From the NCBI GenBank assembly GCA_965659745.1, contig CBFHXF010000007.1, positions 713 through 64,712 on the forward strand: a DNA stretch of 64,000 nt, read 5' to 3'. The position numbers were made by a program, and so were the translations under genes. Of the stretch, positions 27,724 to 37,100 are shown in pieces; position 1 is the stretch's first letter; every line of letters starts with the position of its first letter. The notes below the pieces were generated by a model, which was not told where the DNA came from, did not search any database, and was given only the letters and a program-made list of their open reading frames with translations. This DNA is from Bacteroidia bacterium (lineage in GTDB: Bacteria > Bacteroidota > Bacteroidia > NS11-12g > UBA955).

Positions 27724-30288
27724 ATGAAGAATCTGGTAATAGTAGAGTCACCCGCAAAAGCAAAAACCATTGAAAAGTTTTTGGGCGCCGATTACACCGT
27801 AGTTTCGTGTAAAGGACATATAAGAGACCTTGCTGATGGAAATGACGCCATCGACATCGACAATGGTTTTATGCCCAAATATGTTGTTTCAGATGATCGG
27901 CAAGCCGTAGTGAGGGAGTTGAAGTCTTTAGTGAAAAAGGCAGAGGTAATTTGGTTAGCAACGGACGAGGACCGCGAGGGAGAGGCTATTTCTTGGCACC
28001 TTGCGGAAGAACTCAAATTAGATAAAACTACAACCAAACGGATTGTTTTTAACGAAATTACGAAACCGGCCATTCAAAAAGCCATTCAAAATCCAAGAAG
28101 CATCGATCAGTTTTTAGTAGATGCTCAGCAAGCGCGTAGAATACTAGATCGATTGGTTGGATATACGCTTTCTCCCGTATTATGGAAACAAGTGCGTCCC
28201 AGATTAAGCGCCGGTCGCGTGCAATCCGTTGCCGTTAGATTGGTAGTAGAAAGAGAAAGGGAAATAATTGATTTCGTTGAAAAAAGCGAATTCAAAGTGG
28301 TTGCCTTGTTTGAAAAGTCCAATGGTAAAGTCATAAGGGCTGAATTGCCTCAAAAGTTCGCAAATAAAGAGCTCGCTGAAACGTTTTTAGCCCAATTGAT
28401 TGGGGCAAAATTCCACGTAGGAAGTATAGAGGTAAAACCTACTTATCGCAGTCCATCTGCTCCATTTACCACGTCAACCTTACAACAAGAGGCTTCAAGG
28501 AAATTGGGATTTGACGTTTCGAGAACCATGAGAGTGGCACAGAAACTCTACGAAAACGGACACATTACCTATATGCGTACCGATTCTACCAATCTTAGTA
28601 AAACCGCTATAGATGGGGCAAAAAATGAGATTCTTTCGGCATACGGCGAAGCGTTTTCAGAACCAAAAAACTTTGCAACCAAAAGCGATTCTGCTCAAGA
28701 AGCCCACGAAGCCATCAGACCTACGTATTTCGAGAAGCATAAAGCCGGATCAACCCCAGAAGAGCAAAGACTATATGATTTAATTTGGAAACGGTCTATT
28801 GCATCTCAAATGTCAAAAGCGAGATTGGAAAAAACAACCTTAGATATCCTTAATTCCAATACAAAAGATGTTTTTAAAGCTTCGGGAGAGGTTATTAAGT
28901 TTGAAGGATTCCTAAAAGTTTATTTAGAAGGTACCGATGACGAATCTGACGAAGATCAAGAGGGAATGTTGCCAGCCGTAACCGAAGGTGAAAGCCTCGC
29001 TTATCAGAACATAACGGCGCAACAAAAATTCGCCAAACATGCACCAAGATACACTGAGGCATCATTGGTGAAGAAATTAGAAGAATTGGGAATTGGCAGG
29101 CCTTCTACCTACGCGCCTACCATTCAAACCATTCAAAAACGCGGTTATATTTTGCAAGAAAGTCGCCCTGCCCAACAAAGAGAAATTCCCGTCATTACGT
29201 TGAAGGCAGATGCAATAGTTTCAAGTACCGAAATTGAAAATTTCGGGGCTGAGAAAAACAAACTATTCCCTAGCGATATCGGAATGTTGGTAACAGATTT
29301 TCTTTCCGAACATTTTAAGGATATTATGGATTATGGCTTTACCGCTCAGGTGGAGGGGAAGTTTGATGAAATTGCAAAAGGTATGCAAGGATGGCAGCTC
29401 ATGCTTTCTGAATTTTACAAACCTTTTAAAATCACAGTTGCCGATACCATCCAAAATGGGGGTAGAGTGAGTGGTGAACGTATTTTAGGGAAAGATCCGA
29501 TTAGTGGATTAACAATCCTGGTTCGTATGGGTCAATACGGACCAATGGTACAATTAGGGTCGCGTGAAGAAACTGAAAATCCAAGTTATGCAAGTTTATT
29601 AAAAACACAGCGACTTGAAACAGTTACTCTACAAGATGCCATACAGCTGTTATCCATTATGAATAACGGTTTTGAATTTAATAATCAAAAAGTTCAAATT
29701 GGAGTAGGTAGATATGGTGCCTACATCAAATATGGCGAGAAGTATATCAATGTAAAAGACGATTCTGAACTTTTGTCTCTTACTCAGGCTAAAATCAATC
29801 ATATGCTTACGGAGTTTGATAAGTCTCCAAGCTTTCCTGTGAATTTAGGCAATTATGAAGATAAGCCTGTTCAGGTAAATGCGGGAAGATTCGGTCCTTA
29901 TGTGAAACATGCCTCTTTATTTGCAAGTATTCCAAAAGCGGAAGATCCATTCTCGGTTACATTGGAAAGAGCCATTGAGCTAATCGAGAAAAAGCGTGAA
30001 GACGATAAGCAAAAAATGCTCAAAACATTTGAAGGAAGAGACGATGTAAGCATCCAAAAAGGTAGATATGGTGCCTTTATCAAGTACGGTAAAGAAAACT
30101 TGAAGATTCCTAAGGATACCGATTATAACGATTTGACATTAGCCGATATCGAGAAAATTGCCAAGGAAACGCAGGGTACTGATAAAAAATCAGGTGCGAA
30201 GAAGGCTACTACTACTACCAAACGAGCTGCCGCAAAAAAGCCAGCCGCTAAAAAAGCGACTGTGAAAAAAGCAAGTTCTAAAAAGTAA
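27724..30288 (+). CDS. topA: DNA topoisomerase I with Lys/Ala-rich C-terminal tail
   Basis: 854 aa. Toprim N-terminus MKNLVIVESPAKAKTIEKFLG, active-site region and C-terminal repeats, ending GAKKATTTTKRAAAKKPAAKKATVKKASSKK. The ATG abuts the protease stop (TAA-ATG). Confidence 0.9.
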   Translation: MKNLVIVESPAKAKTIEKFLGADYTVVSCKGHIRDLADGNDAIDIDNGFMPKYVVSDDRQAVVRELKSLVKKAEVIWLATDEDREGEAISWHLAEELKLDKTTTKRIVFNEITKPAIQKAIQNPRSIDQFLVDAQQARRILDRLVGYTLSPVLWKQVRPRLSAGRVQSVAVRLVVEREREIIDFVEKSEFKVVALFEKSNGKVIRAELPQKFANKELAETFLAQLIGAKFHVGSIEVKPTYRSPSAPFTTSTLQQEASRKLGFDVSRTMRVAQKLYENGHITYMRTDSTNLSKTAIDGAKNEILSAYGEAFSEPKNFATKSDSAQEAHEAIRPTYFEKHKAGSTPEEQRLYDLIWKRSIASQMSKARLEKTTLDILNSNTKDVFKASGEVIKFEGFLKVYLEGTDDESDEDQEGMLPAVTEGESLAYQNITAQQKFAKHAPRYTEASLVKKLEELGIGRPSTYAPTIQTIQKRGYILQESRPAQQREIPVITLKADAIVSSTEIENFGAEKNKLFPSDIGMLVTDFLSEHFKDIMDYGFTAQVEGKFDEIAKGMQGWQLMLSEFYKPFKITVADTIQNGGRVSGERILGKDPISGLTILVRMGQYGPMVQLGSREETENPSYASLLKTQRLETVTLQDAIQLLSIMNNGFEFNNQKVQIGVGRYGAYIKYGEKYINVKDDSELLSLTQAKINHMLTEFDKSPSFPVNLGNYEDKPVQVNAGRFGPYVKHASLFASIPKAEDPFSVTLERAIELIEKKREDDKQKMLKTFEGRDDVSIQKGRYGAFIKYGKENLKIPKDTDYNDLTLADIEKIAKETQGTDKKSGAKKATTTTKRAAAKKPAAKKATVKKASSKK

Positions 30289-30297
30289 GCAACGATT

Positions 30298-31218
30298 TTG
30301 GGAGATAAAAATACCATACATGCCTTGGTAAAGTTACTTGACGATACCGATGAGGAAGTGGTAAATATTGTAGAATCGAAACTGATAGGAGAGGGAGCAT
30401 ACTACATTCCTGAACTTGAAGAAATTTGGTTGGAGAATACCTATCCCCAATTGAATCAAAGAATAGAAGAAATTATAAAGCGATATCAGAAAGTTTCTTT
30501 ACTGCAAGACATCGATTTATGGTTAGCCAAAAAAGAAGATGCAACCGCGCTTGAAGCGTGGTTGCTAGCAAGTAGGGTTCAATATCCTGGATTGAAATTG
30601 GGTATGGTAAAAGCCCATCTAAACCAATTAAAAATAGATGCATGGGTGAAAATGGGTGGAGTTAAAAATCCATTTGATCAAATTCAAATCCTCAATCACG
30701 TTTTCTTCGAAACTTATGGCTTTAAGGGCAATAATGAAAATTATCACAATCCCGATAATTCAATAATTACTCGGGTAATGGAAACGAAATTTGGAAACCC
30801 AATATCGTTATCCATACTCTATATGTCGGTTGCGCATGACCTCGGACTTCCACTTTTTGGCGTGAATTTACCTCAACATTTTGTGCTGGCGTATTGCCGC
30901 TTGAATACACCAATTAATGAAAATGGAACCTACGATAGAGATAAAATCAAGATTTCGAATGTGGAGAAAGTGAATTTTTACGTAAATGCCTTTTCGAAAG
31001 GTCAAATTTTCACAAAAGAAAGTGTAGATGCCTTTTTAAAGGTGATAAAAGTGAATCCACAACCCTCATTTTATGAGCCGTGCGATAATTTAGAAATATT
31101 TAGACGCATTCTACGGAATCTTCATTTTGCCTATTCTGAGCAGCAAGATTCAGATAAACAAAGAGATATCTACGATATTATGAAGTATTTGGGCATGGTT
31201 GATTCAGAGGAATCGTAG
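30298..31218 (+). CDS. Transglutaminase-like superfamily protein (SirB1/YchA-type, Transglut_core2-like)
   Basis: 306 aa. NPDNSIITRVMETKFGNPISLSILYMSVAHDLGLPLFGVNLPQHFVLAY matches the conserved SirB1-family core (P.NS.L..VL..R.G.PI.L..LY..VA..LGLP..GV..PGHF). Confidence 0.5.
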   Translation: MGDKNTIHALVKLLDDTDEEVVNIVESKLIGEGAYYIPELEEIWLENTYPQLNQRIEEIIKRYQKVSLLQDIDLWLAKKEDATALEAWLLASRVQYPGLKLGMVKAHLNQLKIDAWVKMGGVKNPFDQIQILNHVFFETYGFKGNNENYHNPDNSIITRVMETKFGNPISLSILYMSVAHDLGLPLFGVNLPQHFVLAYCRLNTPINENGTYDRDKIKISNVEKVNFYVNAFSKGQIFTKESVDAFLKVIKVNPQPSFYEPCDNLEIFRRILRNLHFAYSEQQDSDKQRDIYDIMKYLGMVDSEES

Positions 31219-31268
31219 TATATATTTGTTCTCTCGCAATAAATTTGCGAAATTTGCAGCATCTTATT

Positions 31269-32627
31269 ATGGCAGAAAATCCAATCCTCGTTCCAAAAAT
31301 GGGCGAAAGCATAAACGAAGCAACTGTAATTCGTTGGCTTAAAAATGTGGGCGATTCAATTCAAAAGGATGAACCCATCGTGGAAATTGCTACCGATAAA
31401 GTAGATAATGAAATTCCAAGTCCGGCTGATGGTATTTTAACACAACAATTATTTCAAGATGGTGATGTAGTGAAAGTAGGAGAAGCCATAGCTATGTTTA
31501 GCTCTGAAGCAACTTCTATTAGTGCCGCATCAACCGCGCCTGTCGTGGCAGAAGTAAAAGAGGCAGTAGAAAATATTGAAAGTCAAATTCAAGAAGCCAT
31601 TTCCACAACACAAAATACACCTGTGTCAAAACCGGAGGGTTCTTCTAAATTTTACTCGCCTTTGGTTATGAATATTGCCGCACAAGAGGGCGTTAGTTCA
31701 GAAGAATTGGAAAGAATTGAAGGAACAGGTATGGAAGGACGCGTTACCAAGGCTGATATCATGCAGTATTTGCAAAATAGAAGTCAAGCTCCTGCCGTTT
31801 CTGCAACCCCAGTGGTTGAAAAAACTTCTGCACCCGCGTTTACCCCAGAAGCAACTCCTGCATCTCCAGTAACACCTACAAAAGCAGTGGCGCATGCGAG
31901 TCCCATTAATTTGAATCCAGGTGATGAAATCATACAAATGGATCGCGTTCGTAAAATGATCGCCGATCACATGGTCATGAGTATGCAAGTGAGCCCTCAT
32001 GTTACCTCATTTGTAGAAGCAGATGTAACAAATGTGGTAAATTGGAGAAATAAAATAAAAGACAGTTTCAAAAAGAGAGAAGGAGAAAATTTAACGTTTA
32101 CTCCCATTTTCCTTTGGGCTATTGCCAAAGCCATTAAAGATTATCCAATGATTAATGTGTCTGTAGATGGTGATAAAATCATAAAGAAAAGAAATATCAA
32201 TATTGGAATGGCTGTGGCACAAAATAACGGCAATTTGATTGTGCCTGTAATTAAAAATGCAGACGCTATGAACTTGCTGGGCTTGACCCGTGCCGTGAAC
32301 GATTTTGCAGTTCGCGCCCGAAATAATAAACTTACTGCCGACGACATCCAAGGAGGTACCTACACCCTTACTAACGTAGGTTCTTTTGGAAACATTGCAG
32401 GAACCCCAGTTATCAATCAACCCCAAGTGGCCATTATGGCTGTGGGAACCATTACCAAAAAGCCAGCTGTTTTAGAAACAGAACACGGTGATGTTATCGC
32501 AATTCGACAAAAAATGATTCTTTCACATAGCTACGACCACCGTGTTGTGGATGGGGCATTAGGTGGAATGTTTGTTAAGCGAGTTGCGGAATATTTGGAA
32601 CAGTGGGATGTAAATACGGAAATTTAA
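31269..32627 (+). CDS. 2-oxoacid dehydrogenase complex E2 component (dihydrolipoyllysine-residue acyltransferase)
   Basis: N-terminal lipoyl domain (IVEIATDKVDNEIPSPADGIL), Ala/Pro-rich linkers, a peripheral-subunit-binding domain, and a C-terminal catalytic domain with SHSYDHRVVDGA. The ATG at 31269 (MAENPILVPKMGES) is preferred. Confidence 0.8.
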   Translation: MAENPILVPKMGESINEATVIRWLKNVGDSIQKDEPIVEIATDKVDNEIPSPADGILTQQLFQDGDVVKVGEAIAMFSSEATSISAASTAPVVAEVKEAVENIESQIQEAISTTQNTPVSKPEGSSKFYSPLVMNIAAQEGVSSEELERIEGTGMEGRVTKADIMQYLQNRSQAPAVSATPVVEKTSAPAFTPEATPASPVTPTKAVAHASPINLNPGDEIIQMDRVRKMIADHMVMSMQVSPHVTSFVEADVTNVVNWRNKIKDSFKKREGENLTFTPIFLWAIAKAIKDYPMINVSVDGDKIIKKRNINIGMAVAQNNGNLIVPVIKNADAMNLLGLTRAVNDFAVRARNNKLTADDIQGGTYTLTNVGSFGNIAGTPVINQPQVAIMAVGTITKKPAVLETEHGDVIAIRQKMILSHSYDHRVVDGALGGMFVKRVAEYLEQWDVNTEI

Positions 32628-32646
32628 AGGGTATGACAAACCGGAT

Positions 32647-33171
32647 ATGGAAACGAAAATTACCCGGTTTGTCGACCTATTTTTAATTTTCCTCATACTC
32701 AATTCAGCCGTTTATCTTTTTGATGAGGTCCTTCCTCCTGTGGTGAAAATCTACACCATTACCAATAACCACAAACAAGTTAGCTTTACCGAAGAACTCA
32801 AAATCAATAAAGATCTCGCGTTTGCGCTATTGGTAGAAGATTCTTTAAACGATACGGAAAGCGATCGCGTCTTATTGGTTGAAGTCGACGAAGCTACTTA
32901 TTACAGAGCTGAGAAGGGCAATAAAGCCTTTCTTTACATAACGCCCATATACCATCACGTTCGGTTTTGTTTAGATGAATTTCATCCCGTTTTAAAAAAT
33001 CAAAATCCCTTCAATTACCGATATCCCATCGAGGTGAAAAATATCTTGATGCCCATAATAATTATAGGATTGGCAATTTTGGGCTACAAATTGAATATTT
33101 TCGAAGCTAAATTCGCTATTTTTCTATTTACCAGCATCTTTGCCATAGTCCTAAAATGGTTGTTTCGATAA
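32647..33171 (+). CDS. Hypothetical membrane protein
   Basis: 174 aa with N- and C-terminal hydrophobic helices. Overlaps the next ORF by 16 nt (likely co-transcribed). Confidence 0.4.
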   Translation: METKITRFVDLFLIFLILNSAVYLFDEVLPPVVKIYTITNNHKQVSFTEELKINKDLAFALLVEDSLNDTESDRVLLVEVDEATYYRAEKGNKAFLYITPIYHHVRFCLDEFHPVLKNQNPFNYRYPIEVKNILMPIIIIGLAILGYKLNIFEAKFAIFLFTSIFAIVLKWLFR

Positions 33172-34508
33172 GTAAATCCTACAAACATCCACTTGCCTTA
33201 CTCTATGTAGGGCTGTTGTTTTTGGCATGTATGGTACAGGCTATAGACCCGCGAAGTTTGTTAGATACGCGAGAATATTGGAGTTCCGTTAACTATTGGT
33301 TTCATTTAGATACGCTAAAACTCGATCCATTTTCCGATCGGTGGATGTATGTTACACGCCGTACCCCTGGATTTCCATTTTTACTAATGATTCTGGGCGC
33401 TAAAGGTACACTTCTGTTGCAATTTGTGGCGGGAATTTTAAGTCCTTTTGGAGTACTTAAAATACTGAATTACTTTAACCGAAGTATCAATGTGTCGCTA
33501 TTTTGGGTCTTATGGTTGTCCGCCCCTCTGCAGTTTTTCTACACCGCGCTACCCATGCCCGAAATAATCGCTCAGGCTTTGGTGGTATTTTGGATGGACT
33601 TGTTGATTAAAAAACGCAATATTGGAGCAGGATTAGCACTTCTTTTATTGATTCTTTTGAAACCTGTTTTTCTGGTATTTATGATTCCTTTGGTCATCGT
33701 CTTGCTATCTAAATGTATGATAATAGGCCGACTTATGCCCCTAAAATGGAATAAATGGATCCCTAAAAGCGTAAATGCAATAAATACGTGGTCGCTATTT
33801 ATTCCTTTCTTGGGAATTTTAGCTATAGCCGGAATAAACCATGCAAGATGGAATGTTTTTCATATTTCATCGGTGAGTACAACTAATTTTTACGAATACA
33901 ATAGATATCAAACCCTAATTCAATCTAAAGGACAGGAAATGGCCGACTCTATTTATGCATCTGAGTCGAAAGTATTGGATTCGATGTCTAATTTTTCTTT
34001 GGAAAAAGGGAAGCTATTGGAAAAATTAAATTCAAATACGCTAAAGACCTATCCCTTTACCTATGCGAAATTGCATATTAAGGGGATGATCCAAATGTTT
34101 TTAGATCCGGGTCGCTATGACGCCATGGTGTTTTTGAAATGGACACCAATTTCAGGGTTTTTAGGGATTAAAGACGGACATACGAGCACAAAAACTCGAC
34201 CTCTGTACGAATGGATTTACATGGGCTTGTTTTTGGGTGTGAATATGATAAAAATGAGCCTTGTTTTTTGGATATTGATTGTGAAAGTCAAAGGGAAATT
34301 ACACCAACATGCCTTATTATTGTTTTGTCTGCTATTGTTGTTGTTGTATGCCACAGCAATTGGAAGTGTGGGTACCGCCCGTTATGTAGTTCCCGTTTAT
34401 CCTCTATTAATTGCGGTGCTCGTGTTGTATTTCCCCCAAAAGAAGAAATTGACTCCTCCAGAAGATGAAATTAATTCTATCAATAAGGTACAGACATTCG
34501 TACGGTGA
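33156..34508 (+). CDS. Hypothetical polytopic membrane protein (GT-C/ArnT-like topology)
   Basis: 450 aa, ~10 predicted TM helices with a central soluble loop. No catalytic motif identified. Confidence 0.45.
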   Translation: MVVSISKSYKHPLALLYVGLLFLACMVQAIDPRSLLDTREYWSSVNYWFHLDTLKLDPFSDRWMYVTRRTPGFPFLLMILGAKGTLLLQFVAGILSPFGVLKILNYFNRSINVSLFWVLWLSAPLQFFYTALPMPEIIAQALVVFWMDLLIKKRNIGAGLALLLLILLKPVFLVFMIPLVIVLLSKCMIIGRLMPLKWNKWIPKSVNAINTWSLFIPFLGILAIAGINHARWNVFHISSVSTTNFYEYNRYQTLIQSKGQEMADSIYASESKVLDSMSNFSLEKGKLLEKLNSNTLKTYPFTYAKLHIKGMIQMFLDPGRYDAMVFLKWTPISGFLGIKDGHTSTKTRPLYEWIYMGLFLGVNMIKMSLVFWILIVKVKGKLHQHALLLFCLLLLLLYATAIGSVGTARYVVPVYPLLIAVLVLYFPQKKKLTPPEDEINSINKVQTFVR

Positions 34509-34566
34509 GAAAGGAAGTGAAGAAAGAAATACTATAATAAGGCCTTAAATCAGCAATTAAGAAACA

Positions 34567-35079
34567 ATGAAAATACTGCTTTTAAGCGATAACCATGCCC
34601 ATTGTGATTCAGGTATACTCAAACATGTAAATTGGGCAGATGAGGTTTGGCATGCGGGCGACTGGCTCAATTTAGACTTGCATCATGAAATTGTTAAATT
34701 GGGGAAGCCCATAGTGGGCGTATATGGAAATGTGGATGGGGTAGACGTGCGCGGTTATTATCCCGAATTTCAACATTTTGAACGTGAGGGCATGCGTATA
34801 TTTATGACTCATATAGCGGGAAAGCCCGGAAAGTATCCTGCCCGAATTGTACAAGAAGCCCGAAAATCGAATCCGCAAATTTTCATTTGTGGTCATTCGC
34901 ACATCCTTTTAGTAAAGAATGACCCCTTAAATAAGTGGCTACACTTAAATCCTGGCGCGGTGGGATTGCACGGTTTTCATGCCATACGAACTGCCTTGAG
35001 GTTTGAAATTCAATCAGGTAGCATTGGCAAATTAGAAATTGTAGAATGGGCAAGAAAACAAAATACCGAAATATTGTAA
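34567..35079 (+). CDS. Metallophosphoesterase, YfcE/MJ0936 family
   Basis: 170 aa. MKILLLSDNHAH, HAGDW, GNVD and FICGHSH metal-ligand motifs. Confidence 0.75.
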   Translation: MKILLLSDNHAHCDSGILKHVNWADEVWHAGDWLNLDLHHEIVKLGKPIVGVYGNVDGVDVRGYYPEFQHFEREGMRIFMTHIAGKPGKYPARIVQEARKSNPQIFICGHSHILLVKNDPLNKWLHLNPGAVGLHGFHAIRTALRFEIQSGSIGKLEIVEWARKQNTEIL

Positions 35080-35133
35080 AATTGAATTGTTAATTTGATG
35101 TAAAGTGTTATTTTTGCATTCCTTTAAAAGGAA

Positions 35134-35220
35134 GCCCAGGTGGCGGAATTGGTAGACGCGCTGGTCTCAAACACCAGTGGGGTTAAACCCGTACCGGTTC
35201 GACTCCGGTCCTGGGCACCA
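35134..35220 (+). tRNA. tRNA-Leu (anticodon CAA), CCA encoded
   Basis: 87 nt. Acceptor GCCCAGG/CCTGGGC, anticodon stem CTGGT/ACCAG with loop CTCAAAC (anticodon CAA), long variable arm GTGGGGTTAAACCCGTAC, T-arm GGTTCGACTCC, 3' ACCA. Confidence 0.85.
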
Positions 35221-35221
35221 C

Positions 35222-36088
35222 TTGAATCGAATTATACATACACAGATTCAAACAATCGACGGTCACAATCTGACCGTCGATTTGTTTTTACCCGAAATGC
35301 CGGGCTCAGAGAAGCTCGATGTTACCGTCTATTGTCATGGTTTTAAAGGTTTCAAAGAGTGGGGTTTCGTTCCACATATTCACGAATTTTTAGTTACCGA
35401 AAATAGAGCCCTCATCACTTTTAACCATTCCCATAATGGCGTAGATAAAACGGATTTTGATGCATTAGATTTATTTGCTGAGAATACCATCGGACAAGAA
35501 TTACGTGATATGGAATCTATTGCCCGTTGGATACAAGAAGAAGCCACAGAAACGTATTGGTTGCATCCTGAGAAAATAGATTGGATTGGCCATAGTCGGG
35601 GAGGAGGCAACGTTTGGGTATTCAGTGCTCTTTTTTCGCAATATGTGCGAAAAATAGTATCATGGTCGGCAATCAGTGATTATGCCCACCTTTTTCGCAA
35701 TATTGATAAAGCAAATTGGGAAAAAGAAGGAGTAGTCTATATTGAAAATGCCCGTACCCACCAACAAATGCCCATGAAATGGATGATTTACGAGGAATAC
35801 GAGGCAAATAAAGTATCGTACGGCATCCTTAATGCCGCGAATAAATTAGACAAGCCCGCTTTAATTGTTCATGGTAATAATGACGATGCGGTTCCCATAG
35901 AACATGCTAAAAAATTAGCCGAAGCCTGCAAACACGCCATTTTCATTGAAGTGCCTAATCAAGGTCATACCTTCGGAGCCAGCCATCCAATGACCTCTTT
36001 AGCAGAAGCTACAGAAGCATTTTGGTTGGTGCTCGATAATACCTTAGAGTTTTTAGACGAAGAAGCGGAAGACCAATTGGTGAATTAA
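35222..36088 (+). CDS. Alpha/beta hydrolase (dienelactone-hydrolase/peptidase S9-like)
   Basis: Nucleophile elbow IGHSRGGG, acid/His motifs (VHGNNDDAVP, GHTFG). The upstream stretch TIDGHNLTVDLFLPEMPGSEKLDVTVYCHGFKG looks like a genuine hydrolase N-terminus, so TTG 35222 is chosen; ATG 35297 is the alternative. ATG 35177 would overlap the tRNA. Confidence 0.55.
   Translation: MNRIIHTQIQTIDGHNLTVDLFLPEMPGSEKLDVTVYCHGFKGFKEWGFVPHIHEFLVTENRALITFNHSHNGVDKTDFDALDLFAENTIGQELRDMESIARWIQEEATETYWLHPEKIDWIGHSRGGGNVWVFSALFSQYVRKIVSWSAISDYAHLFRNIDKANWEKEGVVYIENARTHQQMPMKWMIYEEYEANKVSYGILNAANKLDKPALIVHGNNDDAVPIEHAKKLAEACKHAIFIEVPNQGHTFGASHPMTSLAEATEAFWLVLDNTLEFLDEEAEDQLVN
35255..35290 (+). terminator. 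Perfect 11-bp palindrome hairpin plus T-run downstream of tRNA-Leu
   Basis: ATCGACGGTCAcaatcTGACCGTCGAT followed by TTGTTTTTA. Possible tRNA terminator; alternatively it lies inside the hydrolase N-terminal coding region. Confidence 0.4.
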
Positions 36089-36119
36089 CTGATCGCCGTG
36101 CGCAAGAACAATTGATGTA

Positions 36120-37100
36120 TTAATGGGTCTTGGTTCTAAAATGAGAGCTTGCTCTCGACAACCTATCGTTAATAGCACTGCCTAAGCCTTCGTTGGGTGC
36201 CCATTCAAAATATACTTTTTTAATATGGCTTTGATCGAACTGGCGTAAAAGAGAGAATAATCTCGAAGCAGCCTCTCGCAGATCGCCGCCTTCAGACAAA
36301 TAGAAACTAGTGTGAAATTTAGAATGAATGGGTTTTATAAAGTACAAAACGGCATAATCATCTCCAGATTCTAGTTCAAATTCTTGGCTCTCTAAGGGCC
36401 TTAAATCGCAATTGGGTGCATAATGATGCTCCAGTTGCCCGGGACTTTCATGGGCATTAGGGGCATGTTGAATATCTACCACCGTTTGAGGATTTATTGC
36501 TTGAATTTCCTCTACGGGAATTCCGCCCAAACGCAGTATCCTTGGAGTTGTATGCAAAAAGGAAACAATGGTAGATTCAATGCCAATATGCGAGGGCCCA
36601 CCTTCTAAAACGTAAGGGATTTTTCCTTGTAATTGATCAAAAACATGTTGGGCAGTGGTAGGGCTTACATACTTAAATGGATTGGCAGATGGGGCCGCCA
36701 AGGGGAAGTTGAGCTGTTCTAATAACTGAAGAGCTAAAGGATGTCCAGGCACCCGAACAGCAACGCCGGAACTGCCAGAAGTGACCAAATCGGGCACATT
36801 TTCGTTTTTCGGTAAAATCAACGTTAAGGGACCCGGCCAAAAGTGATCCGCTAATTTTTTTGCTTCTTGAGGAAACTCTTTTACACACCCATATACAGAT
36901 TCTGCATCTTTAAAATGCAGGATTAATGGATCGAAATAAGGACGATTCTTGGCTTCAAAAATGCGGGTAACCGCCTGTGTATCGAGCCCGTTACCCGCTA
37001 AACCATAAACCGTTTCAGTGGGAATTCCCACCAGCTGTCCCTTATTTAACCAACGAACCGCCTCTGTTATAGAGTCGCCAATTAAAGTCTCAAAAGCCAT
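36120..37100 (-). CDS. L-threonylcarbamoyladenylate synthase (Sua5/YwlC type, with C-terminal Sua5 domain)
   Basis: 326 aa. YrdC-fold motifs GQLVGIPTETVYGLAGNG, ILHFKDAESV and GPLTLIL plus a ~130 aa C-terminal extension. Confidence 0.8.
   Translation of the reverse strand: MAFETLIGDSITEAVRWLNKGQLVGIPTETVYGLAGNGLDTQAVTRIFEAKNRPYFDPLILHFKDAESVYGCVKEFPQEAKKLADHFWPGPLTLILPKNENVPDLVTSGSSGVAVRVPGHPLALQLLEQLNFPLAAPSANPFKYVSPTTAQHVFDQLQGKIPYVLEGGPSHIGIESTIVSFLHTTPRILRLGGIPVEEIQAINPQTVVDIQHAPNAHESPGQLEHHYAPNCDLRPLESQEFELESGDDYAVLYFIKPIHSKFHTSFYLSEGGDLREAASRLFSLLRQFDQSHIKKVYFEWAPNEGLGSAINDRLSRASSHFRTKTH

Noticed and set aside
35177-35220. ATG start at 35177 for the alpha/beta hydrolase
   Set aside because: It would place the first 15 codons inside the tRNA-Leu gene. 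The in-frame TTG at 35222 or the ATG at 35297 are more plausible.
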